Program-made: the position numbers and the translations under genes | Notes under the pieces: model-generated | Told to the model about the DNA's origin: nothing | The model's database searches: none | What the model saw: the letters and a program-made list of their open reading frames with translations, nothing else | DNA from: Candidatus Latescibacterota bacterium | GTDB taxonomy: Bacteria; Latescibacterota; UBA2968; GCA-2709665 | Reading direction: 5' to 3' | Length of the DNA: 64,000 nucleotides | NCBI GenBank assembly: GCA_965219995.1 | Contig: CBDCOX010000002.1 | Coordinates: forward strand, 672,001 to 736,000 | Shown here: positions 39,044 to 48,322 of the stretch, piece by piece | Layout: every line of letters starts with the position of its first letter | Position numbering within the stretch: position 1 is the stretch's first letter

Positions 39044-39655
39044 ATGAACGAACGAACGCGCGCGTCCACACGGCCTCGGGTGATACCACCGGCAAGAGAT
39101 GACGAGAAGCAACACCAGGTCCACGTCTATTTCGGGTACGGCAAGGGGAAGACGACGTGTTGTGTGGGGTTGGCAATCCGTGTCCTGGGTGCCGGCGGGC
39201 GAGTCGCACTCGTACAATTCGACAAGGGGTACGACGGAGAAGACGAACATTACTCGGAGCGGCACGTGTTGCGGGAACTGGACGACGTCGAGTTGCATCC
39301 CACGGGATGTGAGCGCATGATGCCGGACGGGACGTTTCGATTCGGCGCGGAGCCACAGGACACTGAGGAGGCCCGGCGCGGGCTCGCCATCGCACGGCAG
39401 TTGTTGCGGGCGGGTGGGCAGGATCTGTTGATTCTGGACGAGATCCTGGCCGCAGTTGCCTATGGACTTCTGCAACGGCCGGACGTGATGGAACTTCTGG
39501 ACCTGTACGACGAGGATCGCCGGTGCGAACTCGTTCTATCGGGGCACAAGGTCTGGGACGCGCTCGTCGATCGTGTCGATCTGGCGACCGAGATGCGCAA
39601 GGTGAAGCACTACTACGCGAAGGGGGTTCCCGCAAGGAAGGGAATCGAATTCTAG
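39044..39655 (+). CDS. cobO: Cob(I)yrinic acid a,c-diamide adenosyltransferase (CobO/BtuR type)
   Basis: VHVYFGYGKGKTT, VQFDKG, LILDEI, ELVLSG, EMRKVKHYYAKGVPARKGIEF. Confidence 0.9.
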   Translation: MNERTRASTRPRVIPPARDDEKQHQVHVYFGYGKGKTTCCVGLAIRVLGAGGRVALVQFDKGYDGEDEHYSERHVLRELDDVELHPTGCERMMPDGTFRFGAEPQDTEEARRGLAIARQLLRAGGQDLLILDEILAAVAYGLLQRPDVMELLDLYDEDRRCELVLSGHKVWDALVDRVDLATEMRKVKHYYAKGVPARKGIEF

Positions 39656-39908
39656 TGTTCTGCGGGACGGCGCCCCGAGCCCCAGCCGATGTTTATGCGT
39701 TGCCGGCAACTGGTCCCTGGGGGGCTCGACGGGATGCGGGCCGCCGACGGCCTGGAGGTTTTATCTGCCAAGGGTATCGGAAAAGTGTTTGTTTCACCCC
39801 GACTGCGCGTTTATCTTGGGGCCGTTTCGAATTCTGCGTTGCGGTCCAAAAAAGACCCCCGGATCTATGTTCCTGAGGTCTTTTTTTAAATGGAATCAGG
39901 CGATCCGT

Positions 39909-40337
39909 TCAATCGTCGCCCGGCGCTCGAACCTCGAGGCTTTCAAAGCGGGAAAAATGCCGGCGGTCGAACGTGTAGACGGCCTTCAAGTCGCGCAACG
40001 GCATCAAGGCCGCGTTATATGCGTCTCCGAAATCCACGTTCTTGTCCACATAGTGGGAAATGGCCTCGGAGATGATATCTCGATCGTCCACGTCCAGGCC
40101 AGGCGTGTTGATAATGGCCCGAACCCTGGCCTGAATATCATGTCGCGGGAGGTTGTAGAAGGACTCCAGCGTCCAGACAATCTCGGCAATCACCAGAATC
40201 CCGGTAACCAGCACCACGTCGCCAGCCGCGGCCCGGCGCAACAGACGTTCTACCGCATCGGCCTGTTCCGGTACATCGTTGGTCAGGTAACGCAAGAATA
40301 CATTGGTATCGACGAAAACACGTTCAGGAACTGCCAT
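39909..40337 (-). CDS. vapC: PIN-domain toxin (VapC family)
   Basis: FVDTNVFLRYL, IAEIVWTL, DFGDA, YTFDRRHF. Confidence 0.9.
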   Translation of the reverse strand: MAVPERVFVDTNVFLRYLTNDVPEQADAVERLLRRAAAGDVVLVTGILVIAEIVWTLESFYNLPRHDIQARVRAIINTPGLDVDDRDIISEAISHYVDKNVDFGDAYNAALMPLRDLKAVYTFDRRHFSRFESLEVRAPGDD

Positions 40338-40575
40338 CTGGTCTCTTGCGGGCCCTGGATTTCCGGACCTGGTCGCGAATGTCGTCGAAATTCTGAGGGC
40401 CGGACACAGTCACGCTTCCCCGCATGTCCAGCAGGGTCTGGTTCAGCGGCTGAACCGAAAACTCGTGACGTCGTTGAACGAACACAATATGGTCGCCCTC
40501 TCGAACGTCGAGCGCGTTGCGAACTTCCCGGGGCAATGTCATCTGTCCGCGACGTCCCACCTTTGCAATTGGCAT
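40324..40575 (-). CDS. vapB: AbrB/MazE/SpoVT-type antitoxin
   Basis: KVGRRGQMTLPREVRNALDVREGDHIVF; overlaps the toxin start. Confidence 0.9.
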   Translation of the reverse strand: MPIAKVGRRGQMTLPREVRNALDVREGDHIVFVQRRHEFSVQPLNQTLLDMRGSVTVSGPQNFDDIRDQVRKSRARKRPDGSS

Positions 40576-40600
40576 GGCAATCTCTCTTATTGAACGTATG

Positions 40601-40627
40601 ATTTGAATTTGACTGTCAATTCTAAAT
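40601..40627. promoter_or_regulatory. Imperfect palindrome over the TA promoter, probable autoregulatory operator
   Basis: ATTTGAATTTGAC-T-GTCAATTCTAAAT with perfect core TTGACTGTCAA, which contains a minus-strand TTGACA. Confidence 0.5.
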
Positions 40628-40798
40628 ATGCCTGATAATAGTTAAATTGCAAGCTATTTTTGCGGCCTGGAAATGGGCCGCCGGCTGCGCCTGTCGTTGT
40701 AAGCGGCAATCGCATTACGCCACCCCCTGAATCCGGTTCCCTTCCGCTCTGTGCGAGGATCCGGTGCCGATTGTCCATTTTTGGAGTGAACCCGGCGA

Positions 40799-43198
40799 AT
40801 GCAGGACAACAATCTCATTCCTGACAGCCGAGTCGGGATCATCGGAACTGCAGCGCCCGACGTCGCGTGCCTCTGGGACGGCAACATGGAAACCGCGGTA
40901 AAATGGCCGTCTGTGTCCGGAGAATGTGGGTTCGAGGTCCGGTTCGACGGCCATTTCGATTGTCAGGCGGTGGTGCTGAGGTGGCAGGCGATGCCCGCGG
41001 ACTACGATGTCGCCGTCCGCACGTCACATACGTGGCAGGCGGTGGATGCGGTTCGAAACAACGTGGTACTCGGGCCCAGGGTGAAACTGCATCTGCTCGA
41101 AGATGTCCGGGCCGACGGGCTGCGGGTCCGGATATTGCAACCCGTAAGCGAAGACCTGCACGGCAGAAAGGCAGACCCGGGCGGAGCTGTCGCTCTGTGC
41201 GGGGTGGAGGCGTATGCCGCGAATCGGCTACCGGCATATATCCAGTCATTTCTGGATCGGGACTCCCCGGGTCTGGTGACCATCCAGGACGGGCGGTCGC
41301 CCCGCTGCCGCGAAACGCCGGACCCTACCCTGTTGGATGCCTCGGTCCCCACCTGGGAGCCCATCCCGAAGCGGCTCTACAACGGGCAGCAGACAGGGCG
41401 CGAGGTCAACGAAAAGGATTCCGCGAGACGTGCGGCGCTTCAGGGGTGCGCCGAAGCCTTTGCAACAACGGGCGACCCGCGGTATGCCTTGAAGGCGCGG
41501 GAAGTATTGCTGGCAAACATAGCCCATTATGACCGGTACCAGTCGTTCCGGTTCACCGGAATAGACTGGAAAGCCGTCACCTTCCAGGATCCGGCGTATA
41601 ACCTGAGGGAGATGATGGGGGCGTACGACCTGCTCGTCGGGTCGCCGCACCTTGGGTTATCGGATAGACTGCGTTTCCTGTTTTTTCTGTTGGATCTTGG
41701 CGAGTTCCAGTACCTGGCGATGAGGGACCGGTTCGTCGCGCGCGAGAACTGGGCTTCCTGTTCTCTGGCAGAGATGGTCTTTCTGGCGTACTGTCTGCAG
41801 GGTTTTCCGGAGGCGCGCCGATGGCTGAAGTTGGCCGATGAGCTGTATGGGTCCTGTTTCGAGCCCTTCCTGGGCGACGGATACTGGTGGGAATGTTCGC
41901 CTTCGCACTCGGTTTACATGATCCGGGGGATGTGCAGGTACGCGCTGGGCAGGCATCTGTTGGGAGACCCGATATGGTCGAAAGCGTACAGCGGGAAGTC
42001 GCTGGAGTACGTTCTCGAGGCGTTGTGCAAGACCCTGACACCCTTTGGGGAGATCCCGTCCATCAACGACTCCAACGGGAACGACGGCCATCTGCTGACG
42101 GACTATCCGGAACTCCGGGTACCGCTTTACCTGATCGGGCGCGGGGACCTGTTGCGGATGGCGGGGGACACCGGGCCGGCGCCGTCCATGCGCGGGGTAG
42201 CGATCAAGCCCGTCCGGCAGGAGGATCCTCCCTATTCCTCGGCGATGTTGCCCGACGCGGGGCTGGCGGTGATGCGCGACGGGTGGAACCGGGAAGACGC
42301 GTATCTGATTCTCGATTTCGGGCCTCACGGAGGCGGACACGGGCACCCCGACAAGCTGAGCTTCGTGATGTTCGCCAACGGGCACCACTGGATTCCGGAC
42401 GCATCGAATTCGCCGCATTACGGCATCTTCCCGGAGCAGCACACGTGGCACAAGCAGACCATTTCGCACAATACCGTGCTTGTGAATGACCGGAGCCAGA
42501 ACGAATGCACCGGTCAACTGGTATTCTGGCACACCGATGGCGACATCGATATCGTCAGCGCGAATCATAGCGAAGGCTACGAAGGCGTCGTGCACCGCCG
42601 TACAATCGTCCATCCGCGGCGTGGATATTTTCTCATCCACGACGTACTCGATACCGAAGGCGATGGTTTCGACCTGGACTGGCTGTTGCACGTCAATGGC
42701 GAGGTCGAGTCGCAGGCGTCCGGCCGGGTGTGCTTCCGAAACGGGAATGGAAATCAACGGCTGCTGTGGCTTTCCGAGGATATCGGATCCGCGCCCCTGC
42801 CCGTTCATCGCGGCCTGTGCGGCGGATTTCGGAAGCGGGCCTGGAAAGGCCGGGGGTACCCGCCCAAAGGGGGGCCGGGCTGGGTTTATATTCCGTATTT
42901 CCGCCTGCCGAAGCGGATTGAGCCGGGCGGCGGACGCGCCGAGTATTTCTGCGTTCTGTATCCTTTTGCCGGAGACGTGCCGGACGTGGTCGTCGACCGC
43001 GTCGACGACGAACAGGGGCGGGCGTCCGGAATCAGTATCGCCCACGAAGGCATCGTGGATGTCTACGCCGGCGCCGCGCCAGGCTATGACGCCGGACGGC
43101 ATGGCGCCTTTATGTGCGGCGATATAACCGGACGTTCCAGAGCCGTATTCGAGCGGCGGGCCGAGACGGGCGCGGTCTATCGCAAGGAGTGTGACTGA
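40799..43198 (+). CDS. Heparinase II/III-family lyase with an N-terminal discoidin/F5-8-like domain
   Basis: LWDGNMET..W, RENWAS, DGYWWE, IPSINDS, AGLAVMRDGW, GPHGGGHGHPDKLSF, SHNTVLVN. Confidence 0.85.
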   Translation: MQDNNLIPDSRVGIIGTAAPDVACLWDGNMETAVKWPSVSGECGFEVRFDGHFDCQAVVLRWQAMPADYDVAVRTSHTWQAVDAVRNNVVLGPRVKLHLLEDVRADGLRVRILQPVSEDLHGRKADPGGAVALCGVEAYAANRLPAYIQSFLDRDSPGLVTIQDGRSPRCRETPDPTLLDASVPTWEPIPKRLYNGQQTGREVNEKDSARRAALQGCAEAFATTGDPRYALKAREVLLANIAHYDRYQSFRFTGIDWKAVTFQDPAYNLREMMGAYDLLVGSPHLGLSDRLRFLFFLLDLGEFQYLAMRDRFVARENWASCSLAEMVFLAYCLQGFPEARRWLKLADELYGSCFEPFLGDGYWWECSPSHSVYMIRGMCRYALGRHLLGDPIWSKAYSGKSLEYVLEALCKTLTPFGEIPSINDSNGNDGHLLTDYPELRVPLYLIGRGDLLRMAGDTGPAPSMRGVAIKPVRQEDPPYSSAMLPDAGLAVMRDGWNREDAYLILDFGPHGGGHGHPDKLSFVMFANGHHWIPDASNSPHYGIFPEQHTWHKQTISHNTVLVNDRSQNECTGQLVFWHTDGDIDIVSANHSEGYEGVVHRRTIVHPRRGYFLIHDVLDTEGDGFDLDWLLHVNGEVESQASGRVCFRNGNGNQRLLWLSEDIGSAPLPVHRGLCGGFRKRAWKGRGYPPKGGPGWVYIPYFRLPKRIEPGGGRAEYFCVLYPFAGDVPDVVVDRVDDEQGRASGISIAHEGIVDVYAGAAPGYDAGRHGAFMCGDITGRSRAVFERRAETGAVYRKECD

Positions 43199-43297
43199 TC
43201 GCCCGCCGGGCTTCCGGGCAGGCTCGCGGGTGTTCCGCAGGGCAAAGCGTCGGTGTGGCACGGGAGGGGCGGTCCGCGGAAAAGGAGGTTGTGCGTT

Positions 43298-44083
43298 TTG
43301 GACAGCGAACATGTCTTTGGAGGGTTGGATGGCCGGCAGCGGCCCGGAAAACCCCGCGACGTGGGGTTGACCATGGTGGTGGACTGGGGTCTTGGGCCGG
43401 GGGCGCAGTCTGATTTGATAGAGACCTCGGCACAATTTCTTGATTTCGCGAAGGTTGCCGTCGGCATTTCGAGGCTCCTGGCCAACGATGTTCTCAAGAC
43501 GAAGATACGTCGCTATCTGGAAGCCGGCATCGAGCCGTTTCCGGGCGGTCAGTACCTGGAATATGCACAGGTTCAAAGAAAGGCGGACCTCTATCTTCCC
43601 GCTGTGGCCGCGGCCGGCTATCGCTGGGTCGAAGTGTCGGACAACATGGCGGTGGTGACCCACGAATGGAAGCTGAAGATGATCCGGCAGGCAGTTTCTT
43701 TACATGGACTGATGGTGTTGGGGGAGGTCGGGCGGAAGGAGGGGCTGGACGCCGCTATTCCCATGGCCGACGACGTGAAGGCGTGTCTCGACGCTGGATC
43801 CCGCGTTGTCCTGCTGGAAGCGGCCGAACTGGTTGACGACGATGCCGACACGGCGAGGCAGGTGGAGCAGGCAGTGGAGGCCGCCGGCCTTGAAAACGTC
43901 ATGTTCGAATTGCCGGGGCCATGGATCTCCGGGGTGAACCCGCACCACGTCCACGCGATGCGGCGAACCCTCGTGGATCGGTACGGTGCGGAGGTAAACC
44001 TGGGCAACGTGCTGCCGGACGATCTGATGACGCTGGAAGCCTATCGCCGGGGACTGGGCGTCAATGCGGGGAGCGACCAATGA
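43298..44083 (+). CDS. comA: Phosphosulfolactate synthase (ComA)-like TIM barrel
   Basis: KPRDVGLTMVVDWGL, PGGQYLE, VEVSD, EVGRK, EVNLGNV, LEAYRRGL; GGAGG before TTG 43298. Confidence 0.8.
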   Translation: MDSEHVFGGLDGRQRPGKPRDVGLTMVVDWGLGPGAQSDLIETSAQFLDFAKVAVGISRLLANDVLKTKIRRYLEAGIEPFPGGQYLEYAQVQRKADLYLPAVAAAGYRWVEVSDNMAVVTHEWKLKMIRQAVSLHGLMVLGEVGRKEGLDAAIPMADDVKACLDAGSRVVLLEAAELVDDDADTARQVEQAVEAAGLENVMFELPGPWISGVNPHHVHAMRRTLVDRYGAEVNLGNVLPDDLMTLEAYRRGLGVNAGSDQ

Positions 44084-45270
44084 GACTTGTGGATGACGGT
44101 GCCGGAATCCGGATCGACGACGAGTTTCCATGCAGCAGCGCCGGCGAGATGCGGGTCGAAGGCGACGGCAGCTACGAAATCGGGTACCAGCCGGAGGAGA
44201 TACCTCGATGGTTTCAGGACCTGCTGGACGAGCTGTTCGACGGGGCGGGGGTACCCAAAGAATACATGGCCCACGTGCGCGTGCGCAATTCGAGCGACGC
44301 CGCACGGCGGGTGAAGCTGCGGTTTCTGCTGAGCCGAAAGGGGTCGAACTACATGTATCCGCCCTGGTGGGTGTGGCGGGGGGACACGGGATGGGCCTGG
44401 CTGGCGCCTGAAGATACGGACTACCACGAGCATGAATACATGGACGCATACGTTGAAGTCCGCCCGGGCGAGGCCGTCCGCGTGGCCTCGGCGCCCTATG
44501 AGACGCCGGACACGGTACTCGAGAAGGCGCGCCGGCTTGCGGAATGTTCAGACGTCTGGACCTGTCGGGAGATCGGGACATCGGCCCAGGGGCGCCCCCT
44601 TCCGGTCCTGGAATCGCCGCCACGCGAACTGAAACTCCTGGTGGACGCGACCATGCAGTCCTGCGAGCCGGTTTCGTGGGGGATCATGCACGTCGCGCAC
44701 TGGTTGACCATTCCTACGTCACGCGCGCAGCGGCTGCTGGAAAACGTGCAGTTCTGCCTCATGCCGATGTTGAATCCCGATGGCGTATTCGCGGGTCACA
44801 GCGTGACCAACGCGGTCGGCGAGGTGCCCAAGTTCGGGATCAACAACCTCGTTGAAGGCAGGGGCGCCTCAAGGGAAACCGAAGCCCTTTGGAAGTATCT
44901 GCTGGATGTCCGGCCGGACGCGTCGATCGAGGTGCATGCCCATTTTACGCGGGAGGGATTCAACCGGAGCATCGGCATGCACGACAAGGATTCCATGCCG
45001 CGGGCACTGCGCGAAAAAGGCGCCGTCGTCGAGGCGGCGATTGTGGAGAATTATCACGTTCCACCACTGGAAAACCGGAAGGTACTGATCGATCCCAGAG
45101 AGCCGGAACATAACGTGTATGGAGACCGCTACGTCAGCGAACACGCGGGCACGATCCGGACGTTTCTTCAGGCTGTTCCGGATAGCATCGAGTCCCATTG
45201 CGCCGACGTGAGAGAGATGACGGAGACCATCGCGAACGCCCTGATTTCGTGGAAGGAGCGCGGCGCATAG
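44080..45270 (+). CDS. M14 zinc carboxypeptidase-like protein with an atypical zinc motif
   Basis: IGTSAQGRPL, QSCEP at the HxxE position, PMLNPDGV, IEVHAH. Confidence 0.7.
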   Translation: MRLVDDGAGIRIDDEFPCSSAGEMRVEGDGSYEIGYQPEEIPRWFQDLLDELFDGAGVPKEYMAHVRVRNSSDAARRVKLRFLLSRKGSNYMYPPWWVWRGDTGWAWLAPEDTDYHEHEYMDAYVEVRPGEAVRVASAPYETPDTVLEKARRLAECSDVWTCREIGTSAQGRPLPVLESPPRELKLLVDATMQSCEPVSWGIMHVAHWLTIPTSRAQRLLENVQFCLMPMLNPDGVFAGHSVTNAVGEVPKFGINNLVEGRGASRETEALWKYLLDVRPDASIEVHAHFTREGFNRSIGMHDKDSMPRALREKGAVVEAAIVENYHVPPLENRKVLIDPREPEHNVYGDRYVSEHAGTIRTFLQAVPDSIESHCADVREMTETIANALISWKERGA

Positions 45271-45340
45271 AGTCGGAAGGGCGGAGGGACATTGCCGCCG
45301 TTGCGGAAACCGGAAACAGGCTCACCCCGAGGAGAGGACC

Positions 45341-46141
45341 ATGAAAATTGGCGTGACACAGATTATTCTGGGTCGGCTGTCGCTGGACGAAACCCTGGAG
45401 CTGTGCGGGACAGCGGGTTACGAGGCCCTGGAACTGGTGTTCAGCGACGGCGGCGACCCCGACGTGAATATGAGCGACGACGAGATCCGGACGGTACGCG
45501 GGAAATGCGATGCCGCCGGCCTGGAAATCGGGAGTTCGATCGCGCAATACCAGGATCGCGGGAACTTCCTGAGCCTGAATTCGGGCGACCGCGAGCAGGG
45601 CGTCAGGTGTCTTGCGCGGTCCATTGAAATCGCGCACGTTCTGGGAATCGACTCGGTGCTGCTGCACCCCGGACAGCTCAATGCCGAGGGCTCGTACGAC
45701 CAGGCCTGGGACCTGATGCTGGGCGCAATCCGTGACCTGGCGCCGTCCGCCGAGGAAAAGGGCGTGTCCGTGGGCATCGAAAACGTATGGAACAAGTTCC
45801 TCCTGAGCCCGAGGGAAATGGCGGCGTTCGTGGACGCGGTCGGGAGCCCGCGCGTGGGCACGTATCTCGACACCGCGAATATGATGGCCTACGGCTTCCC
45901 AGAACACTGGATTCGAGGCCTCGGGAGTCGCATCGTACGCGTGCATTTCAAGGATTTCAGCCGCCGCGAACACCGGTTCGTGGACCTCATGGACGGCGAT
46001 ACCGACTGGTCCACGGTGATGGCCGAATTGCGCGCCATCGGCTATCGTTCTCCGGTGGTCCACGAGGTTTCGGGGAATCGCGAGGCGCAGATCGAGACGG
46101 CGAGGCGAATGAGGAAGATCGTGGCGATGTCGCAGGGATGA
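45341..46141 (+). CDS. Sugar phosphate isomerase/epimerase (xylose isomerase-like TIM barrel)
   Basis: GIENVWNKFLLSPRE, YLDTAN, VHFKDF, HEV. Confidence 0.9.
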   Translation: MKIGVTQIILGRLSLDETLELCGTAGYEALELVFSDGGDPDVNMSDDEIRTVRGKCDAAGLEIGSSIAQYQDRGNFLSLNSGDREQGVRCLARSIEIAHVLGIDSVLLHPGQLNAEGSYDQAWDLMLGAIRDLAPSAEEKGVSVGIENVWNKFLLSPREMAAFVDAVGSPRVGTYLDTANMMAYGFPEHWIRGLGSRIVRVHFKDFSRREHRFVDLMDGDTDWSTVMAELRAIGYRSPVVHEVSGNREAQIETARRMRKIVAMSQG

Positions 46142-46201
46142 CGGGCGCATCGGGTGCAGGGTTCGGGATCCATCGCCCTGATGGCTGATCCAGGAGTGTT
46201 G

Positions 46202-48214
46202 ATGGCGGAACCGGATAGGATTTCCACACGGGGATTGGCCCGTGTGGCGAGAAACCCCGTGGACACGGCCGTGGAAGACCGAGGCACGACGGTTCGTGCG
46301 CTGGCGTTCGGTCTGTGCGTGGCCCTTGTCATCAGCGTACTGGGCAACGTCGTACGGTATATCCTTCACTCCTCGTTTATGGCGTATAGCCATATGCCGA
46401 TGGGGAACCTGATCGTCTGGCTGCTGTCGATCCTTGTCTGTTCGGCGCTGGCGAAAGGATTCGGCCGGAGGTTCGCGTTCTCCGCCAGCGAGTGGATCAC
46501 GGTCTTTGCCATGGGGTTTATCGCGTCGCTTGGACCGACGTACGGCGTGAGCGGCTACCTCGTGGGCGTCATCGTGACACCCTATTATTTCGCCACGCCC
46601 GAGAACCGGTGGGCCGAGTTTCTGCATCCGTACCTCCCGGAATGGATGATCCCGACCAACAAGGAAGGGGCGATGACCTGGTTTTACGACGGGTTGCCCC
46701 AGGGCGCACCCATTCCGTGGGAAGCATGGACGATGCCCCTGTTCTGGTGGTTTACATTCGTCTGTGCGGTCGCGCTGGCGTGTCTGTGCGCGTCGGTGAT
46801 CATCCACAGGCAATGGTCGGAGCACGAGAAGATCGTGTTTCCGGCGATGGAACCCATTGTGGAGATGGCGGCAAACGCCGGCAAGGGCCGAAGATGGCTC
46901 CCGGAATTCATGGCCGGCAAGGCCTTCTGGACCGGATTTGCAATCGTCTTTTTCGTGTTCAGCTGGAATTTCATCGGATGGTTCAAACCGGGATTTCCCG
47001 TCTTTCCCACGGCGAGGGGTACCTGGATTCCGCTCGGGCAGGCCTTCCCGCCGCAATGGATTTTCGTAAGCACGGTCGTCATCTGTTTTTCTTATTTTGC
47101 CAGCCTCGAGGTGTTGTTCAGTCTCTGGTTTTTCGATCTGGTGTTTATTTTCGAAGGCGGGTTCCTGAACCGGCTGGGGGTTGAGGCGATTTCACCTCAC
47201 TATATGACGGGGCGGTACGGCTGGCAGACGGCGGGCGCTTTTATTGGCATTGCCTTCTGGTGGCTCCTGGTCTCGCGAATCCATCTCTGGCAGGCGTTCC
47301 GGAAGGCGCTGCGGCCCGAGAGCAGCCCGATAGACGACCGGCGCGAACTGATATCCTACCGTGCGGCGTTCATCTGGCTGGGCATCTCAACGCTCTATAC
47401 GATCGCCTGGTTGTGGCAGGCGGGAATGGACCTGAAGGTCATCTGCCTTCTGATTCCCACCATGTTTCTGATTTACTTCGGGGTGGCCAAGATTCTGGCC
47501 GAGACCGGTCACATCTACATCGGATCGGCGACCAGGGGATGGGAGTTGGCGGCCGCCGCGCTGGGGGGCGCCAGCGCCGTGCCGGCGGCCACCCACGCGG
47601 TCATGTACCCGGCATCGGTATCAATCAATCATTTTCGCGCGTACACGTTCTCGCTGGGGATGCATCTGAACCGGCTGGGAGATTTCCTTGCCGGAGGGCA
47701 CAGGTGGTTTTTTGGCGGGGTTTTCGGTGCATTCATCGTGGGTGTGGTGGGATCCACCCTGTTTACGATCTGGTTAGGGTATACCATCGGCGGGTACAAC
47801 TTTCAGCCCAACTGGCTGATTATCCGTGCCGGCGTCGGTGGGTACCAGCGCGGCGTAAACGATATTCTATCGCCGGAACCGACCGAGGTGGAAGACTACT
47901 GGTTCTTTCTGGCGGGCTTTGTCGCGATGATGGCGCTGAACCTGTTGCGGTACCGTTTCAGCTGGTGGCCCGTTCATCCGGTGGGGTTCGCCATCTCGGG
48001 CGCGTGGCTGACGCGGCTGACGAGTTTCACGCTGTTCCTCGCCTGGCTGGTAAAGTTCATCCTGCTGAAGCTGGTGGGGGCGGCGTTCTACAGGAAGTCA
48101 CGTCCATTCTTCATCGGGGCGCTGGCGGCATATATTCTGGTTACAATGCTCGGGCTGATCGTAGACGCCGTATTCTTCGGGAAGCAGGGGCACACGCTCC
48201 ACAAATGGTATTAG
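46202..48214 (+). CDS. Polytopic membrane protein, DUF6785/DUF6784-like (putative OPT-like transporter), paralog 1
   Basis: AGGAG before ATG 46202; many TM helices; PYYFATPENRW, RQWSEHEKIVFP, WWPVHPVG, YRKSRPFFIG. Confidence 0.8.
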   Translation: MAEPDRISTRGLARVARNPVDTAVEDRGTTVRALAFGLCVALVISVLGNVVRYILHSSFMAYSHMPMGNLIVWLLSILVCSALAKGFGRRFAFSASEWITVFAMGFIASLGPTYGVSGYLVGVIVTPYYFATPENRWAEFLHPYLPEWMIPTNKEGAMTWFYDGLPQGAPIPWEAWTMPLFWWFTFVCAVALACLCASVIIHRQWSEHEKIVFPAMEPIVEMAANAGKGRRWLPEFMAGKAFWTGFAIVFFVFSWNFIGWFKPGFPVFPTARGTWIPLGQAFPPQWIFVSTVVICFSYFASLEVLFSLWFFDLVFIFEGGFLNRLGVEAISPHYMTGRYGWQTAGAFIGIAFWWLLVSRIHLWQAFRKALRPESSPIDDRRELISYRAAFIWLGISTLYTIAWLWQAGMDLKVICLLIPTMFLIYFGVAKILAETGHIYIGSATRGWELAAAALGGASAVPAATHAVMYPASVSINHFRAYTFSLGMHLNRLGDFLAGGHRWFFGGVFGAFIVGVVGSTLFTIWLGYTIGGYNFQPNWLIIRAGVGGYQRGVNDILSPEPTEVEDYWFFLAGFVAMMALNLLRYRFSWWPVHPVGFAISGAWLTRLTSFTLFLAWLVKFILLKLVGAAFYRKSRPFFIGALAAYILVTMLGLIVDAVFFGKQGHTLHKWY

Positions 48215-48322
48215 CGTTCCGTGCGGAAAACGGATTGCCGAATGGCGACGACCTTCCAGGGCGGAAAACCGGGGATTCCCCGGGAGTCCATTGTTCTATC
48301 TCCTGTCTGATTGGGGAATTCG

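Noticed and set aside
38946-39635. N-terminal extension of HpnC in the ORF track
   Set aside because: It is low-complexity Arg/Pro text overlapping cobO on the other strand; homology begins after ATG 38945.
38946-39900. Cobalamin riboswitch near cobO
   Set aside because: No recognisable B12-box or GGGAA/GCCACTG core in either flank.
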